Shown: one piece after another, positions 20,395-30,830 of the stretch | How the letters are laid out: each line of letters opens with the position of its first letter | Numbering within the stretch: the stretch's first letter is position 1 | NCBI GenBank assembly: GCA_918797485.1 | Contig: CAKKNE010000004.1 | Span: 4,278,001-4,342,000, forward strand | DNA from: Pelagomonas calceolata | Lineage: Eukaryota | Length of the DNA: 64,000 nucleotides | Reading direction: 5' to 3' | The notes under the pieces: generated by a model | Told to the model about the DNA's origin: nothing | What the model saw: only the letters and a program-made list of their open reading frames with translations | Databases searched by the model: none | Position numbers and translations under genes: made by a program

Positions 20395-21191
20395 ATGGCG
20401 CCGAAACGGCTGCTCCTCCTGGCGGCGAGCGTCGTCGCCGCACTTGACGCGAACGCGCCGCCCTCGCTCGTGAGCGACTGCACGGTACCCGCAAGCGCAT
20501 ACGCGATACGAGCCTGCGCAGCTGAGAGATTGAACCTCGCGCACGGCGATCCGGCCCTGCGCCCCCTATCCGAGGAGGAATCGATGCGCGGCGTCATTTC
20601 TGCAGCATCCCGAATGGCCGAAACCTCGACTTTCGAGAGATCGGCCTGGGTATAAGCTTCCATCCCTACCGCGTGCTGCCGCAGATCAAAGCGATGCCGG
20701 CGCGGCGCCGCATCTTAGTAGACGTCGGCGGCAATCAATGGCTTGGCTCGCCGAAGGCTCTCCTCGACCACTATCTCGCGGCCGGCGCGCCGTTCGACGA
20801 AGCCCACATCTTCGAACCGAACGGCTTGGACGGCGCTCCCTCGACATACTACAACACCACGATACACGTTCACCGAACCGCCGTCGACGTCGGCACTCGC
20901 GATGAAAACGACATCCTCCAGTGGCTCCAAAACACCGCCCGCGAAGACTTCGTCGCGCTCAAGTTCGACGTCGACAACGACTTCTCGCTCGGGCCGACCA
21001 TGGAGTGGGGCTTCCTCGCGGACCTGTTGCGGCGTCCGGAAGCGCTCGCCCTCGTCGACGAGTTGTTCGTCGAGCTCCACTTTTACGCGCCGTCGCTCCG
21101 CTGGGTGCACCCGACGCACTCGATGAAGCAGGCCTTCGACGTGCTACGCCAGCTCCGCGCGTGCGGTCTGCCCGTACACGCGTGGCCGTAA
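20395..21191 (+). CDS. Secreted FkbM/Methyltransf_21-like protein; two frames, needs a frameshift or small intron near 20590
   Basis: Signal peptide in the first frame; ILVDVG, IFEP, DFVALKFDVD, LVDELFVELH in the second frame. Confidence 0.5.
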
Positions 21192-21291
21192 TATCGTCGG
21201 CGACGCTGAACAGCGAGCCCTCCGCGCCACCGCGGCAGCGCTGGACGAGCGTCTACCCGTACACGCTTGGCCGTAATTATCAATCACTCTC

Positions 21292-21726
21292 TTAGAAACA
21301 ACTCACGGACACCATGTCCGTGCAGGTCGGCGTCCACTCCTCGTCGGAGCCGTCGTCGCCGAGGCCGCCGAAGCACCACGTGGGCGGGGGCTCGGCGTCG
21401 TCCGCGGCGTCTGTCGTCGTCGTCGTCGCGAGCTGTCGAAAGTCGGGCGGCGAGGGTGGGGAGTCGGGCGGCGAGGGCGGCGGCGTCGGCTTGAGCGTCC
21501 GTCGGCACTCGGTGATCTGCTCCTCGAAGGTCGGTGGCGACTGCAGCTCGTCGGCGGCCAGGGCGATCTGTTCCGCGAACGATGGCGAACGAGGGGACTC
21601 GTCGTCCACGACGGGCGCGACCGTGCTGCAGACCGGCGTCGTCAGCGTGGGCGGCGGCGCCACGGAGATGGGCGACTCCTTCTTCCTTTGCGCGATGCGG
21701 CGTGGGCGCATGTGGGCGCTGCTCAT
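21292..21726 (-). CDS. Hypothetical Pro/Ser-rich protein
   Basis: 144-aa ORF with GC3 bias. Confidence 0.5.
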   Translation of the reverse strand: MSSAHMRPRRIAQRKKESPISVAPPPTLTTPVCSTVAPVVDDESPRSPSFAEQIALAADELQSPPTFEEQITECRRTLKPTPPPSPPDSPPSPPDFRQLATTTTTDAADDAEPPPTWCFGGLGDDGSDEEWTPTCTDMVSVSCF

Positions 21727-22290
21727 AATCTACGGTCGATGGGGCTGATGCCGCGCTTCGTGGGTCGCTGGAGCTCGGGTACGAGCTTGGGATGCAATGC
21801 AGCAAACAATGTCAAATCGGCTGCCCCTCGCGGGGACTCGGTACGTGCGCGTTACGCTGCGGCGACCGTGGCGTTCCGGAATCGATAAAAAAATATCAAA
21901 TAGACTCTACTACGCAGCCCCGGATCAGCGCCGCGCATGACAACAACATCATCTGCCTATCTGCTCTCTGATCCCCCCCCTCTCCCTAGGGCCCTAGAGC
22001 CGCGGTTCGATCGCCTGCGAGCCATGGAGCCGCGGCCGGTGAGCCTCCGTTCGTAGCACAAAGAGTGTCCAAACAGGACTGGCCTTGGGCCAACCAGATA
22101 GAGATACCATACCTCGTACGAGACACCAGCCACACACGCATCGTCGCCGCGCGAGCCTGCCACAGCGACCTAGCAGCCGACAGCGCTCGAGCAGCAAGCC
22201 GCAGCAACCACCATCCATCGCCGAATCATCGGAGCACGCGCTTGCACGGCAGGCGAGATCCAGGCACCTGGTTCCCCAGCACATCCAAGC

Positions 22291-23187
22291 ATGGGTGCGC
22301 CAAAAAACGCGTTAGCCTTCCCCCCGAAGCTCGAGGACTACGACCCTCCTTCCAAAATCACGACGGCGTGCCTCCTCGTCGTCGCCGTCAGCGGCTGGGT
22401 CGTCACGTGGTGCGCGCAGATCATCTTTTCGTGCACGGTCGGCCTCACCATGTCGAAGAAGCGCAAGCAGTACTGGAACGGCTACCTGTTTCGACTGCTG
22501 AGCGCGGCGCCGGTCGCGCGCTTGACGCCAGGAATTAAAGTAGAAAAGACGAAGGACTCGTACGAGTTCACCCCCGATCAAATCAACGGCAAGAGCGCCG
22601 TCATGGTCGTCTGCAACCACCGCTCGGATTTTGATCCGTTCGCGCTAGCTGCCGCGATTCTACCTCTAGAAACCAAATACGTCGCGAAGTCCGATTTGTT
22701 CAAGGTGCCCTTCGGCGGCTGGGCGATGCAGCGCGCGGGCGACCTCGCCGTGCGCTTCGACCCGAAGCGGGCCGGCGGCTGGGGCACGGTCAAGGGGTCG
22801 ACGGGCCAGTTATTAGCGGACGCGGCGGCGCACTTCCAGGCCGGCAACTCCATCGCCATCTTTCCCGAGGGGAATCGACTCGGCGCCTACGTCGACAAAA
22901 CTATTGAAGCGGGCAAGCACCCCACAAAACTCATGCCCTTCAAGCCGCCGTTCTTCGACTGCGCGCGGAAGAACGGGGTCCCGGTCGTCTGCGTGAGCAT
23001 GGCGGGGACCGACGCGGTCTGGCCCGTCAAGACGCTGTCGATGCGCCCGGGCAGGGTGACCGTCCACATCCACGCGCCCATCAACGGGGCGGACTACGCG
23101 GACGACCAGGCGTTCTGCGACGCGGCGCGGGAGATCGTCGGGAAGGGGTACCTGGACCTCATCGACTCGCTGGGGAAGACGAACTAA
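22291..23187 (+). CDS. 1-acyl-sn-glycerol-3-phosphate acyltransferase (PlsC/LPAAT family)
   Basis: NHRSDFD (HX4D), KYVAK, IFPEGNR motifs. Confidence 0.9.
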   Translation: MGAPKNALAFPPKLEDYDPPSKITTACLLVVAVSGWVVTWCAQIIFSCTVGLTMSKKRKQYWNGYLFRLLSAAPVARLTPGIKVEKTKDSYEFTPDQINGKSAVMVVCNHRSDFDPFALAAAILPLETKYVAKSDLFKVPFGGWAMQRAGDLAVRFDPKRAGGWGTVKGSTGQLLADAAAHFQAGNSIAIFPEGNRLGAYVDKTIEAGKHPTKLMPFKPPFFDCARKNGVPVVCVSMAGTDAVWPVKTLSMRPGRVTVHIHAPINGADYADDQAFCDAAREIVGKGYLDLIDSLGKTN

Positions 23188-23259
23188 GAAGGTTCGCTTA
23201 TCTATTGTCGAGCGGCTTTGGGTCGATGGCGTCACGGTGGATCTTTTGTTAGGTGCCAG

Positions 23260-23277
23260 TGCTAGGACTAGTGGGCG
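23260..23277 (+). other. Downstream 18-bp motif TGCTAGGACTAGTGGGCG, copy 1
   Basis: 72 nt after the PlsC stop, on the gene's sense strand. Confidence 0.5.
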
Positions 23278-23339
23278 GGGCAGCTGGCGGGGCCCCTGGG
23301 GGTAGACACCACCGACGACGCCAGGGTACTAGAAGTAGG

Positions 23340-24635
23340 TTAGGTCGCGGGGTACTCGTGCTGGTAGGGCTGGTGCCGCGCGTAGCCGCCGCGGCTCCGC
23401 AGCCGCTTCGCGCGGCACGCGCGGTAGGGCTGGCCGACGTCCGCGGGCGGCAGGTCCCGCTCCAGCGCCGCGGCGAGCTCCCGCGCGAAGTTGTAGACGC
23501 CGTGGTCGTGCACGTTGAGCCTCGCCAACTTTCTTCGATCCTCCGCGGAGAAGTGGATCGTCTCGTCGCCGGGCCCGAAGGACTGCCTCAATTCCGCATT
23601 ATTTGGACGGCACCAGCCCAGCCGGTGGAAGAGCTGGTCGAAGCCCCGGTCCAGGTTCTCCAAGATCAAGACGGCGTCGAAGTCGGAGAGGACCTCGATG
23701 GCCTGCGACGCGTGTGCCGCCGTGATCTTCCCGGGCGGCGTCGTCTCGTAGACGTCGCCGCCCAGCAAACTTCGCACGTAGAAGTTGTCCACGACCGCGG
23801 CTCCTCTTTGAATCGGCGTCCCGGCCGCGCCCGCCGCGACGGACGGCAGCCGCGTCCAGGCCAGCGCCTCCTTCGCCGAGATGTGCTCGAACCGACAATG
23901 GCTGACGATGCGCTGCACCGGCTCTCGGAGGACCGTAACGAAGAAAAAAGACGTATGACACGACGCGAAGGTCCTGGTGTCGAGCCACCGCTCCACGGCC
24001 AGGAAGTCGACCTGGCGCTTCAGGGCCTCCTGCCGCCGCAGCTTGCAGTGGCCGTCTAACTTCTTGTTGGCGTAGCCGAACGGCGCGCTGCTTAAGGTTC
24101 GAGGCCCGTCGCCGGGAGCGTTGCAGTTGCGCTTCGCGGCGTTCAGTTCGTTCGACATGCGGGCCACGTGGCAGACCGTCGTGCCGCCGGCCTTGTGCAG
24201 GTGCAGGAAGTAGGGCAGGCGCCCGTCGATGCCCTGCTGCGCGCGCTTCACGGCCTTGGCGATGAGCGCGCGCCGATCTGTAATAACTGGGCGGCGTGCC
24301 ATCGGCTTCGGTCGCGGCTCCTCCTCCTCGTCCTGCTGCTCTTCTCGCTCTTCGAGCGCCGCTTCTCGTGCCGCGAGCGCCGCTTCTCGCTCCGCTAGGC
24401 TCGCCACGGCCACTTCATGCGGCGACGCCCGCGTCGCGCGGTACGACGCCATCGCAACCACCAGAACGACCGCGCAGACCAAAGGCAGCAGCCTCTGCGG
24501 CAGCCGCTCCGCGAGGCTCCGCGCGGCGCGCTGCAGCCGCTTGCGCGGCTTGCGCATGCGCGCGGCCGCCCGCTTGTGCTCCAGCTCGATGGCCGCGCCC
24601 AGCGCGCCGTAGCCGCTGCGCACGGCTTCCTCCAT
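23340..24635 (-). CDS. Golgi-type sulfotransferase family protein
   Basis: TM anchor; 5'PSB-like FLHLHKAGGTT; 3'PB-like LREPVQRIVS. Confidence 0.75.
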   Translation of the reverse strand: MEEAVRSGYGALGAAIELEHKRAAARMRKPRKRLQRAARSLAERLPQRLLPLVCAVVLVVAMASYRATRASPHEVAVASLAEREAALAAREAALEEREEQQDEEEEPRPKPMARRPVITDRRALIAKAVKRAQQGIDGRLPYFLHLHKAGGTTVCHVARMSNELNAAKRNCNAPGDGPRTLSSAPFGYANKKLDGHCKLRRQEALKRQVDFLAVERWLDTRTFASCHTSFFFVTVLREPVQRIVSHCRFEHISAKEALAWTRLPSVAAGAAGTPIQRGAAVVDNFYVRSLLGGDVYETTPPGKITAAHASQAIEVLSDFDAVLILENLDRGFDQLFHRLGWCRPNNAELRQSFGPGDETIHFSAEDRRKLARLNVHDHGVYNFARELAAALERDLPPADVGQPYRACRAKRLRSRGGYARHQPYQHEYPAT

Positions 24636-24808
24636 TGTCCTGCTCTACTGCCGAAATGCTGCCCTGTGAGTGAGCTCCGGTAATGGCTGCCCTTTGAGGC
24701 CTGGAACGGCGCAGGACGATGAGAGGGAGCCCCGGCTGAAGCTCGTGTGTTGTGGTGCGCGAGCGGTGTCGATTGCGCCGCGCATCGCAGCGCGGTGCTT
24801 TTGCTCAT

Positions 24809-24833
24809 GCTAGTGTCTTTACAGGCCGCTAGC
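24809..24833 (+). promoter_or_regulatory. Upstream quasi-palindromic motif, copy 6
   Basis: GCTAGTGTCTTTACAGGCCGCTAGC upstream of the sulfotransferase. Confidence 0.65.
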
Positions 24834-24853
24834 ATTGCGGATTTCCTAAACGC

Positions 24854-24871
24854 CGCCCACTAGTCCTAGCA
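24854..24871 (-). other. Downstream 18-bp motif, copy 2
   Basis: Reverse complement TGCTAGGACTAGTGGGCG, 59 nt after the JMJD6 stop. Confidence 0.5.
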
Positions 24872-24930
24872 ACGTGACAGATAGACGCGCCCGACGCCTA
24901 GTCGACGCGAACATTCACAAACAAAGCTTC

Positions 24931-26007
24931 TTAGACAATGCGGGGCACCGGCGGCTGCAGCCTCGCCCGGGCGGCCAGCGCCCGGAGCTCCGGGTCGTCC
25001 GACGCTTCGAGCTTCGCCAGCCACGCACGCGCCATGCCCTTGCGACCGGACCGCGTCCGGTCCCAGGCGCCGTCGAACGAACTTCGAGACACGAAGTTCT
25101 GCGTCACGGCGACCGTGTCGTCCAAGTTGAGAACCGCGTGCCACCACCCTGCCGGCACATATAATGTATCCCCGGGCCGCTGCACGACCTCGATGCGCCG
25201 CGCGTGGGGGTACGTTTGTCTGATCCTTGGCAGGATGTCCACGAAGTAGTTCACGGCCTCGTCGTCCTCGCCCGCCTTGACTAAGTGCGACCCCGTCGCG
25301 ACTTTCTTGGACGTGCCGGGCTCGAAGAGGACCCAGCGCTTCCGCCCCGCGAGGAGCGTGTTCCAGGCCGCCGTGCCGAGCGGATCGATGTGGACGCACG
25401 TGCCGCTCCGCTGCGGTCCCAGGAGAAACCACTGGTACGGCGGCCTTCTGTTTTCACCCACGAGCTCGAAGAGGTCGTCCCTCGCGCAGAATTTCGGTAT
25501 GCTGTAGAAATCCCGGCCGTGCTTCTCGCAGAAGGCCTGGTCGAAGACGTACAGCGGACTATCGTCCCGGTTGAACCGCGCATAGCTCACAAAGTCTCTC
25601 AGTGAAACGCGGACCGTCTTCCCGTCGTCGTCCTCCCCGACCTTCATCCGGAATACGTCGAGGTCGCCGCGGTTCGTAGGTCGTCCGTTTATTGATGTCC
25701 AGTTCCGGAGCGCCCAGCCTTCTCGCTCGGGCACGTTCGTCACTAAACAAGGCTCGCTTCGACGCTCGAAGCGCGTCGCGAAGTCGGCGGGCGCGATGCC
25801 CGCGTCGACGCGCGTTATTGGTGAAGCGCACTTGGGGACCGCGTCAAGTCTTTCAACCTCGGTGCGCCGCCGCGTCGCGAAGCCGTCGCGGGTCCAGTCG
25901 GCGAGTTTCGGGCGGTGCTTCTTCTTCGCTTGCTGTAGGGTTTCTTGCCACGTCGCGTGTCTTTTTTCGGTCGCGGCCTGGGCTATGACGCTGCGCGGCG
26001 ACGACAT
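24931..26007 (-). CDS. JMJD6: JmjC dioxygenase JMJD6
   Basis: KVGEDDDG, DDSPLYVFD, RRPPYQWF, SGTCVHIDPLGTAAWN, GWWHAVLNLDDTVAVTQNF. Confidence 0.92.
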   Translation of the reverse strand: MSSPRSVIAQAATEKRHATWQETLQQAKKKHRPKLADWTRDGFATRRRTEVERLDAVPKCASPITRVDAGIAPADFATRFERRSEPCLVTNVPEREGWALRNWTSINGRPTNRGDLDVFRMKVGEDDDGKTVRVSLRDFVSYARFNRDDSPLYVFDQAFCEKHGRDFYSIPKFCARDDLFELVGENRRPPYQWFLLGPQRSGTCVHIDPLGTAAWNTLLAGRKRWVLFEPGTSKKVATGSHLVKAGEDDEAVNYFVDILPRIRQTYPHARRIEVVQRPGDTLYVPAGWWHAVLNLDDTVAVTQNFVSRSSFDGAWDRTRSGRKGMARAWLAKLEASDDPELRALAARARLQPPVPRIV

Positions 26008-26258
26008 GTTATTGCTTCGCGCGCGTGCTGGGATGGTGGCTTCGGCTTGTTCTGAGCAGGCGTGCGACTCGTATCGCTTCGCGGCGTCGGCGCGCGGTGA
26101 TTACTGTAGTTTGATGCTGGGTGTGGTATGGCAGTCTGTCGAGCGCGCGCGGGCGACAGCAATCGCCGCTGTCAGAGCAATGCGGCTCTGAACCCCCTGA
26201 TGCGTGCAGCACTTATTTTTGGTCTCGTTATCGCGAGTTTGGTGAGCGCGCCTCGGCG

Positions 26259-26282
26259 GCTAGCGTCCTGTAAGGCACTAGC
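26259..26282 (-). promoter_or_regulatory. Upstream quasi-palindromic motif, copy 7
   Basis: Reverse complement GCTAGTGCCTTACAGGACGCTAGC upstream of JMJD6. Confidence 0.6.
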
Positions 26283-26410
26283 AGCAGAAACGCGTCGCTC
26301 TCTCTCTCTTAACGCGTACTGATATGTTATGAAAAGAGTCCAGAGAGGAGGCGCCACCTGACGCCGCCGCCGCGAAGAAGTAAGGCTCAAGAACTTAGGC
26401 GGATAGGATC

Positions 26411-27190
26411 TCACTTCTTGTACGGCGCGACGAGCTCGTCGATCTGGGGCCCGATCTCGGCGGGAGCTTTCGCCGCGTCGACCTCCTTGACGACGGCCTT
26501 GTAGTGGTCGAGTAAAGGCGTCGTCATCTCGTGGTAGCCCTTGAGGCGCTCGACGAGCGCTTCCTTCGTGTCGTCCTTGCGCTGCATGAGCGGCTCGTTC
26601 GTCTCATCATCCAGCATGTTCTCGGCGCTGGGCTCCGCGCCGTCGGGCAGGGACTTGGGCTTTTTATTGGTCGCGTGGTACGACCTGCCAGAAGCCTGGT
26701 GGATCCAGCGGCCGCAGATGCGAGCCTCCAAGTCTTCGTCCGGGACACATAGTCTCAAAACCATGCTCACGCTTTCGTTCGTCTCCTTGAGGATGGCATC
26801 TAGCTTCTCCGCCTGGCCGACGGTCCGCGGGAAGCCGTCGAGCAAAAACCCGCCCTTGCAATCATCAGCAGCGATCCTATCCTTGATGATCGCCGCCACG
26901 AGGTCGTCATCGACCAACGCGCCGCTCTTCATCACTTCATCAGCTTTTTTTCCTACTTCCGTCCCGGCCGCGACGGCCGCGCGCAGCATGTCCCCCGTGG
27001 ATAACTGGGGCGTACCTAACGCGTCCACGATCCTGGGAGCTTGTGTGCCCTTGCCCGAGCCCGGCGGGCCGAAGAGGATGATGATGGTGCGGCCCGGTTC
27101 CGCCGGAGGCGCGGCGGTAGCCTCGGCGCCCTCGGCTACGGTCGTGACCTTCGCGCCGTCTTCGGTCAGCTCCTTCGTGGACTCGGCCAT
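26411..27190 (-). CDS. ADK: Adenylate kinase
   Basis: GPPGSGKGTQ, STGDMLR, FLLDGFPRT, long LID RICGRWIHQASGRSYH, QRKDD. Confidence 0.95.
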   Translation of the reverse strand: MAESTKELTEDGAKVTTVAEGAEATAAPPAEPGRTIIILFGPPGSGKGTQAPRIVDALGTPQLSTGDMLRAAVAAGTEVGKKADEVMKSGALVDDDLVAAIIKDRIAADDCKGGFLLDGFPRTVGQAEKLDAILKETNESVSMVLRLCVPDEDLEARICGRWIHQASGRSYHATNKKPKSLPDGAEPSAENMLDDETNEPLMQRKDDTKEALVERLKGYHEMTTPLLDHYKAVVKEVDAAKAPAEIGPQIDELVAPYKK

Positions 27191-27605
27191 GGTGCTATGC
27201 GGGCTGCCTCTGGTGCACGCTGGTCGTGCAAATTAGCGCTGCGGGAGCAGCATCTCGGAGCGAGAGGGGGGGGTCCCGCGTATGGGTCCGGTTTCCACCG
27301 TTCTGTGCACGTAGGTGGACGTATGTGACCGTTCCGACTGCCGGGCGCGACGCGCGTCGGCCACCAACCCCGCGCGACATCCCGACGACGACGGACGGAA
27401 GTATGCTTGCTATTGCCCACCGCCGCAAGGAACCGGCGACGCTCGATGTCTCCCTGCCTCCGGGGGGGTGCCCACTCCTCGGACCGTGACGGGCGTGCGG
27501 TCACGCAGACCCCGTGGCGGCTTGGTGGCTAGGCAACCTCGAAAAAACCAACGCCGAGCTCTGAAGACACGAGGGCTATGATCAAGTACATACTTAGGCC
27601 GAGCC

Positions 27606-28310
27606 TCACTTCTTTTGCCGCGAAGCCTGCTGCGCCAGCAGGAACTCCCGGTACGCGCTCGTCGCCGGCGTGGCCGCGACGGCCCGCAACCTCCGGCGCC
27701 GCTGGGCGTCGTCGTCGCCCGGCGCCCGCGCGCGACTCTCGCCGTAGTACGGCTGCTCCTCGAGCCCTTCCGGCAAAGTTAAGTTGAGAGCCAGCACCGA
27801 CCGCGCCAGGATGTTGATGTACAGCGCCATCTGCACCTCCTGGTCCTCGCTATCTAATAATCTTTCTTCCTGATACTCCAATAAACCTTCTTTCTCCCAG
27901 AGCTGGAACTCCTTTTCTTCTAGTACTGTCCTCACGTCGTCGAGGCCATTCATGAGTGCTTCGGACGACTCCTTGAACGACGCCAGCCGCTCCCTGTTGC
28001 TATCGACGTTCAAGTCGTGCGCCGACCGCCAGTCGTCGAGCTGCTTGGACATCTGGCCGAAGATATTTTTGTAGTCCTCTTTTTCGGCACCCAATCGCTT
28101 GTTCGTTTCTTTGATCCCCGAGTGGAGATCCCGCTGTCTCGCCTTGTTTCTCTGTAAGCGTAGCTTCTCGGCTATTACAGTACCTCCTAAGGCTGCTAGG
28201 AGTAGTAAGACGACCTGGAACAACCCGGCCTTGCTCACGATGACGTGCTGGCTCCCAGAAATGATGTTGAATTTCGACGGCGCCGCAGCCTTCTTGTCGT
28301 CCTCGCCCAT
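27606..28310 (-). CDS. Single-TM coiled-coil protein, paralog A
   Basis: TM helix; shares LEEKEFQLWEKEGLLEYQEERL with 28807..29373. Confidence 0.75.
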   Translation of the reverse strand: MGEDDKKAAAPSKFNIISGSQHVIVSKAGLFQVVLLLLAALGGTVIAEKLRLQRNKARQRDLHSGIKETNKRLGAEKEDYKNIFGQMSKQLDDWRSAHDLNVDSNRERLASFKESSEALMNGLDDVRTVLEEKEFQLWEKEGLLEYQEERLLDSEDQEVQMALYINILARSVLALNLTLPEGLEEQPYYGESRARAPGDDDAQRRRRLRAVAATPATSAYREFLLAQQASRQKK

Positions 28311-28806
28311 GGTTGTTGGTACGCGCGCGCGGCGGCGGCGTGTTGGCTGCAAAAAGGAGCTGTCTCAGGGAGAGGCTAATTCGTGTTGGCCGCGCGCGCG
28401 GCGCAGCACAAATTGGATTGCGGACCCGTTTGGGCTGTCGACGACGTTCCTAGCGCCAGCGGGCGTGTCGCAGTCCGCTGCCGACGTGATTTGGCCGAGC
28501 TGTTTTTGCCTCTTAAATAATTCAGCAAAAAAGGCGTCGGCTTGGCTGGGCCCGCGAGTCCTGAGCTGCCACAAAAAATCACAGCCAGCCACGCGTGGAC
28601 TGCTCCCGAGCCCCAGCCGGTGGCCAGCTTGCAAGAAACGCGAGGCGCGCCCGGGCGCTTAGCAAACACATCTCCCAGCAGTCAGGAGGAAACAATACGA
28701 CGCCCGGCGCCGCGTGTAGAGGTGCTCGAGCCTATCAACGCCAAAAAGCCGCGCCGCGTCACAACAAAGGCGTCAGACCCCGTCGACGCCCGCCGCCACC
28801 ACAAAA

Positions 28807-29373
28807 ATGTCCGGCATCCAGTCCGGCTCGAGCCACCTCATCATCCCGAAGCGCATCTTCGCCGTGGTCACGCTCGGCGCGTTAGGTGGATTGAGCGGAG
28901 TCCTCGTGTCGAACCACCTCTACAATAGACAAGTAGAGCAGTTCCTCCACGAGAAGACGTCCGCGGCGAAGCGCGCGAACACGCAATTAACTGGAGAGAA
29001 GGATGATTATAGGGCGCTGTTCAACAAACTCACGGTCCAAATGGACGAGGACGCCAAGGACGGCAAGATCACGCAGGAGGAGTCGGGCGGGTTCCACCAG
29101 CTCGCGCAGCGGTTGATGGAAGGTCTGCAATCCATGCAGGATCTGTTGGAGGAGAAGGAGTTTCAATTGTGGGAGAAGGAGGGGCTGCTCGAGTACCAGG
29201 AGGAGCGGTTAGTGAACACGGAAGATCTAGAAACGGAGATGGCCGCGTACATCAACGAGATGGCCTCGCAGTTACTGAAGCGGGGCAAGGCCCTGCCCGC
29301 GGGCCTGGCGGACCAGCCCTATTTTGGTGGGGCCAAGAAAGCGGAGGAGGAGCGGAGGCGGTTTAGACCCTAG
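28807..29373 (+). CDS. Single-TM coiled-coil protein, paralog B
   Basis: TM helix; shares EK.DY, the 22-aa identical block and LP.GL..QPY.G with 27606..28310. Confidence 0.75.
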   Translation: MSGIQSGSSHLIIPKRIFAVVTLGALGGLSGVLVSNHLYNRQVEQFLHEKTSAAKRANTQLTGEKDDYRALFNKLTVQMDEDAKDGKITQEESGGFHQLAQRLMEGLQSMQDLLEEKEFQLWEKEGLLEYQEERLVNTEDLETEMAAYINEMASQLLKRGKALPAGLADQPYFGGAKKAEEERRRFRP

Positions 29374-29458
29374 GCTCGCGTAAGGGACCGTCTCGTGTGA
29401 CTCGGTTGTGTCCTCGTCGCGGCGACGGCGTAGGAACAAGAGGTCACAAACGTGTCTC

Positions 29459-30382
29459 TTACCACTCCTGGAGGAACTTTTCCTCGCGCGCCTGCGTCAT
29501 CTTCTCCCGCAACCGGTTCTTGGGCTTTGTCCGCCGCGGCGGCGCGGCCACCAAACGGCCGCCCTCGGGCGACGCCGTCTTGCGGACCGTCGCCGGCGAC
29601 TCGAGCAGCTCGCCGACGAGTTTCGACTTGCCGAAGGAAATGGGCGAGTCGACGATGGCGCCGCCCGGCACGCGCTTCAACAAGCCTTTGACGTCCCGCG
29701 CGTGCTCCTGCTGGAGCCACCTTTTTTCAAGTTTTTGAGAAACCCTCCGCAAATCCTGCAGCGACGGCTTGTCCTCACTTGTTTTCGTGGGCGTCCGCCG
29801 ATGCCGCTCGCAGACAGCTCTTTCCTCCTCGTCAAAAAAATTCGTGAGGCGCGCGATCTCCTCCACCAAATCCTCGGCTTCCCGCTCGAGCAGGCGCCGC
29901 GCCTCCGCCACGACGTCGGAGCTGTCTCCCCTATCAATGAATAAGTCGGCGAGCGCGTCCATCGGCCTTTTCGGTGCGGGTGGCGGCGTTCGCTTCTCCG
30001 GGTTCGGCTTTTTTGGAGGCGTCGCGATTTGCCTCGCTCGTTCCGCGGCGGCCTTGCGCACATAGGCCGCGACGCGCCGCTCCGGCTCCGACCCCGCGCC
30101 GCCCAGGTAGTCCAAGAGCATGGAGACCTTGCGCTCGAGCATCTCGCGCTCGGGGCCGTCGCCGAGCCGATCGGCCTGGGCGCGCTTCTGGGCTCGAGAT
30201 TCGTCCAGCTCGGCGTCCCGCGCGTTCTGCTGGGCGTAGTCCTCCACGATGTCGCGGAGCGCGTCGGCCTCATTCCTGAGATCGGTGCACTTCTCGATCA
30301 AGGAGCAGCCGACGGCTATTTCTAATGCGGGTAACTCGGCGGCCGGGACGAGCGAGGCGATGACGCCCCAGGCGCCGGCCAT
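29459..30382 (-). CDS. CCDC24-like coiled-coil protein
   Basis: W...VP..E.....G....L..E...LR N-terminus and RRLLEREAEDLVEEIARL resemble CCDC24 (from memory). Confidence 0.55.
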   Translation of the reverse strand: MAGAWGVIASLVPAAELPALEIAVGCSLIEKCTDLRNEADALRDIVEDYAQQNARDAELDESRAQKRAQADRLGDGPEREMLERKVSMLLDYLGGAGSEPERRVAAYVRKAAAERARQIATPPKKPNPEKRTPPPAPKRPMDALADLFIDRGDSSDVVAEARRLLEREAEDLVEEIARLTNFFDEEERAVCERHRRTPTKTSEDKPSLQDLRRVSQKLEKRWLQQEHARDVKGLLKRVPGGAIVDSPISFGKSKLVGELLESPATVRKTASPEGGRLVAAPPRRTKPKNRLREKMTQAREEKFLQEW

Positions 30383-30830
30383 CTTTTTGCTGTTTTGAGG
30401 TGCTGCCCCTCAGGTTTTGTAGGGGTGGGGCGGGGCTGCCTCGCGGGCTTTTGGTGTGCTCGCCGGAGCGCCTCGGCTGCGTCGGACGCGGGGCACGCCT
30501 CGTAGGGGCGGTTGGTGCCTCGGGGCGGACGTCAATCCCCGGCGCGTTGTCCGCCGTCCCGGTCTTGCCCCGCACCTTGGTGTCAATCGCGTTTCTCCGG
30601 TGAGGAGTCTTACCGCACCGATCCAAGGCCGCTCGCGCCCCAGTACCGGCTCTAAGTGCGGCTCCTCCCACGCACTCGCAGAGCAGCTCCTGGTGGAGGC
30701 GCTGCCCGCAGAGCGAGTGAGCTGCCCCTCGACAGACGTTCGAGACGGCAATCAGCACAAATAATACGCGACCGAAAGGCCAAGTGCCCGCCCCGAGTTT
30801 GCTGGCGCCCGCAGCACCAGGGGATTCATC

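Noticed and set aside
21103..21120. 18-nt match GGGTGCACCCGACGCACT to the introner interior
   Set aside because: No TIR or TSD, and it lies in a plausible coding frame (WVHPTH); treated as coincidence.
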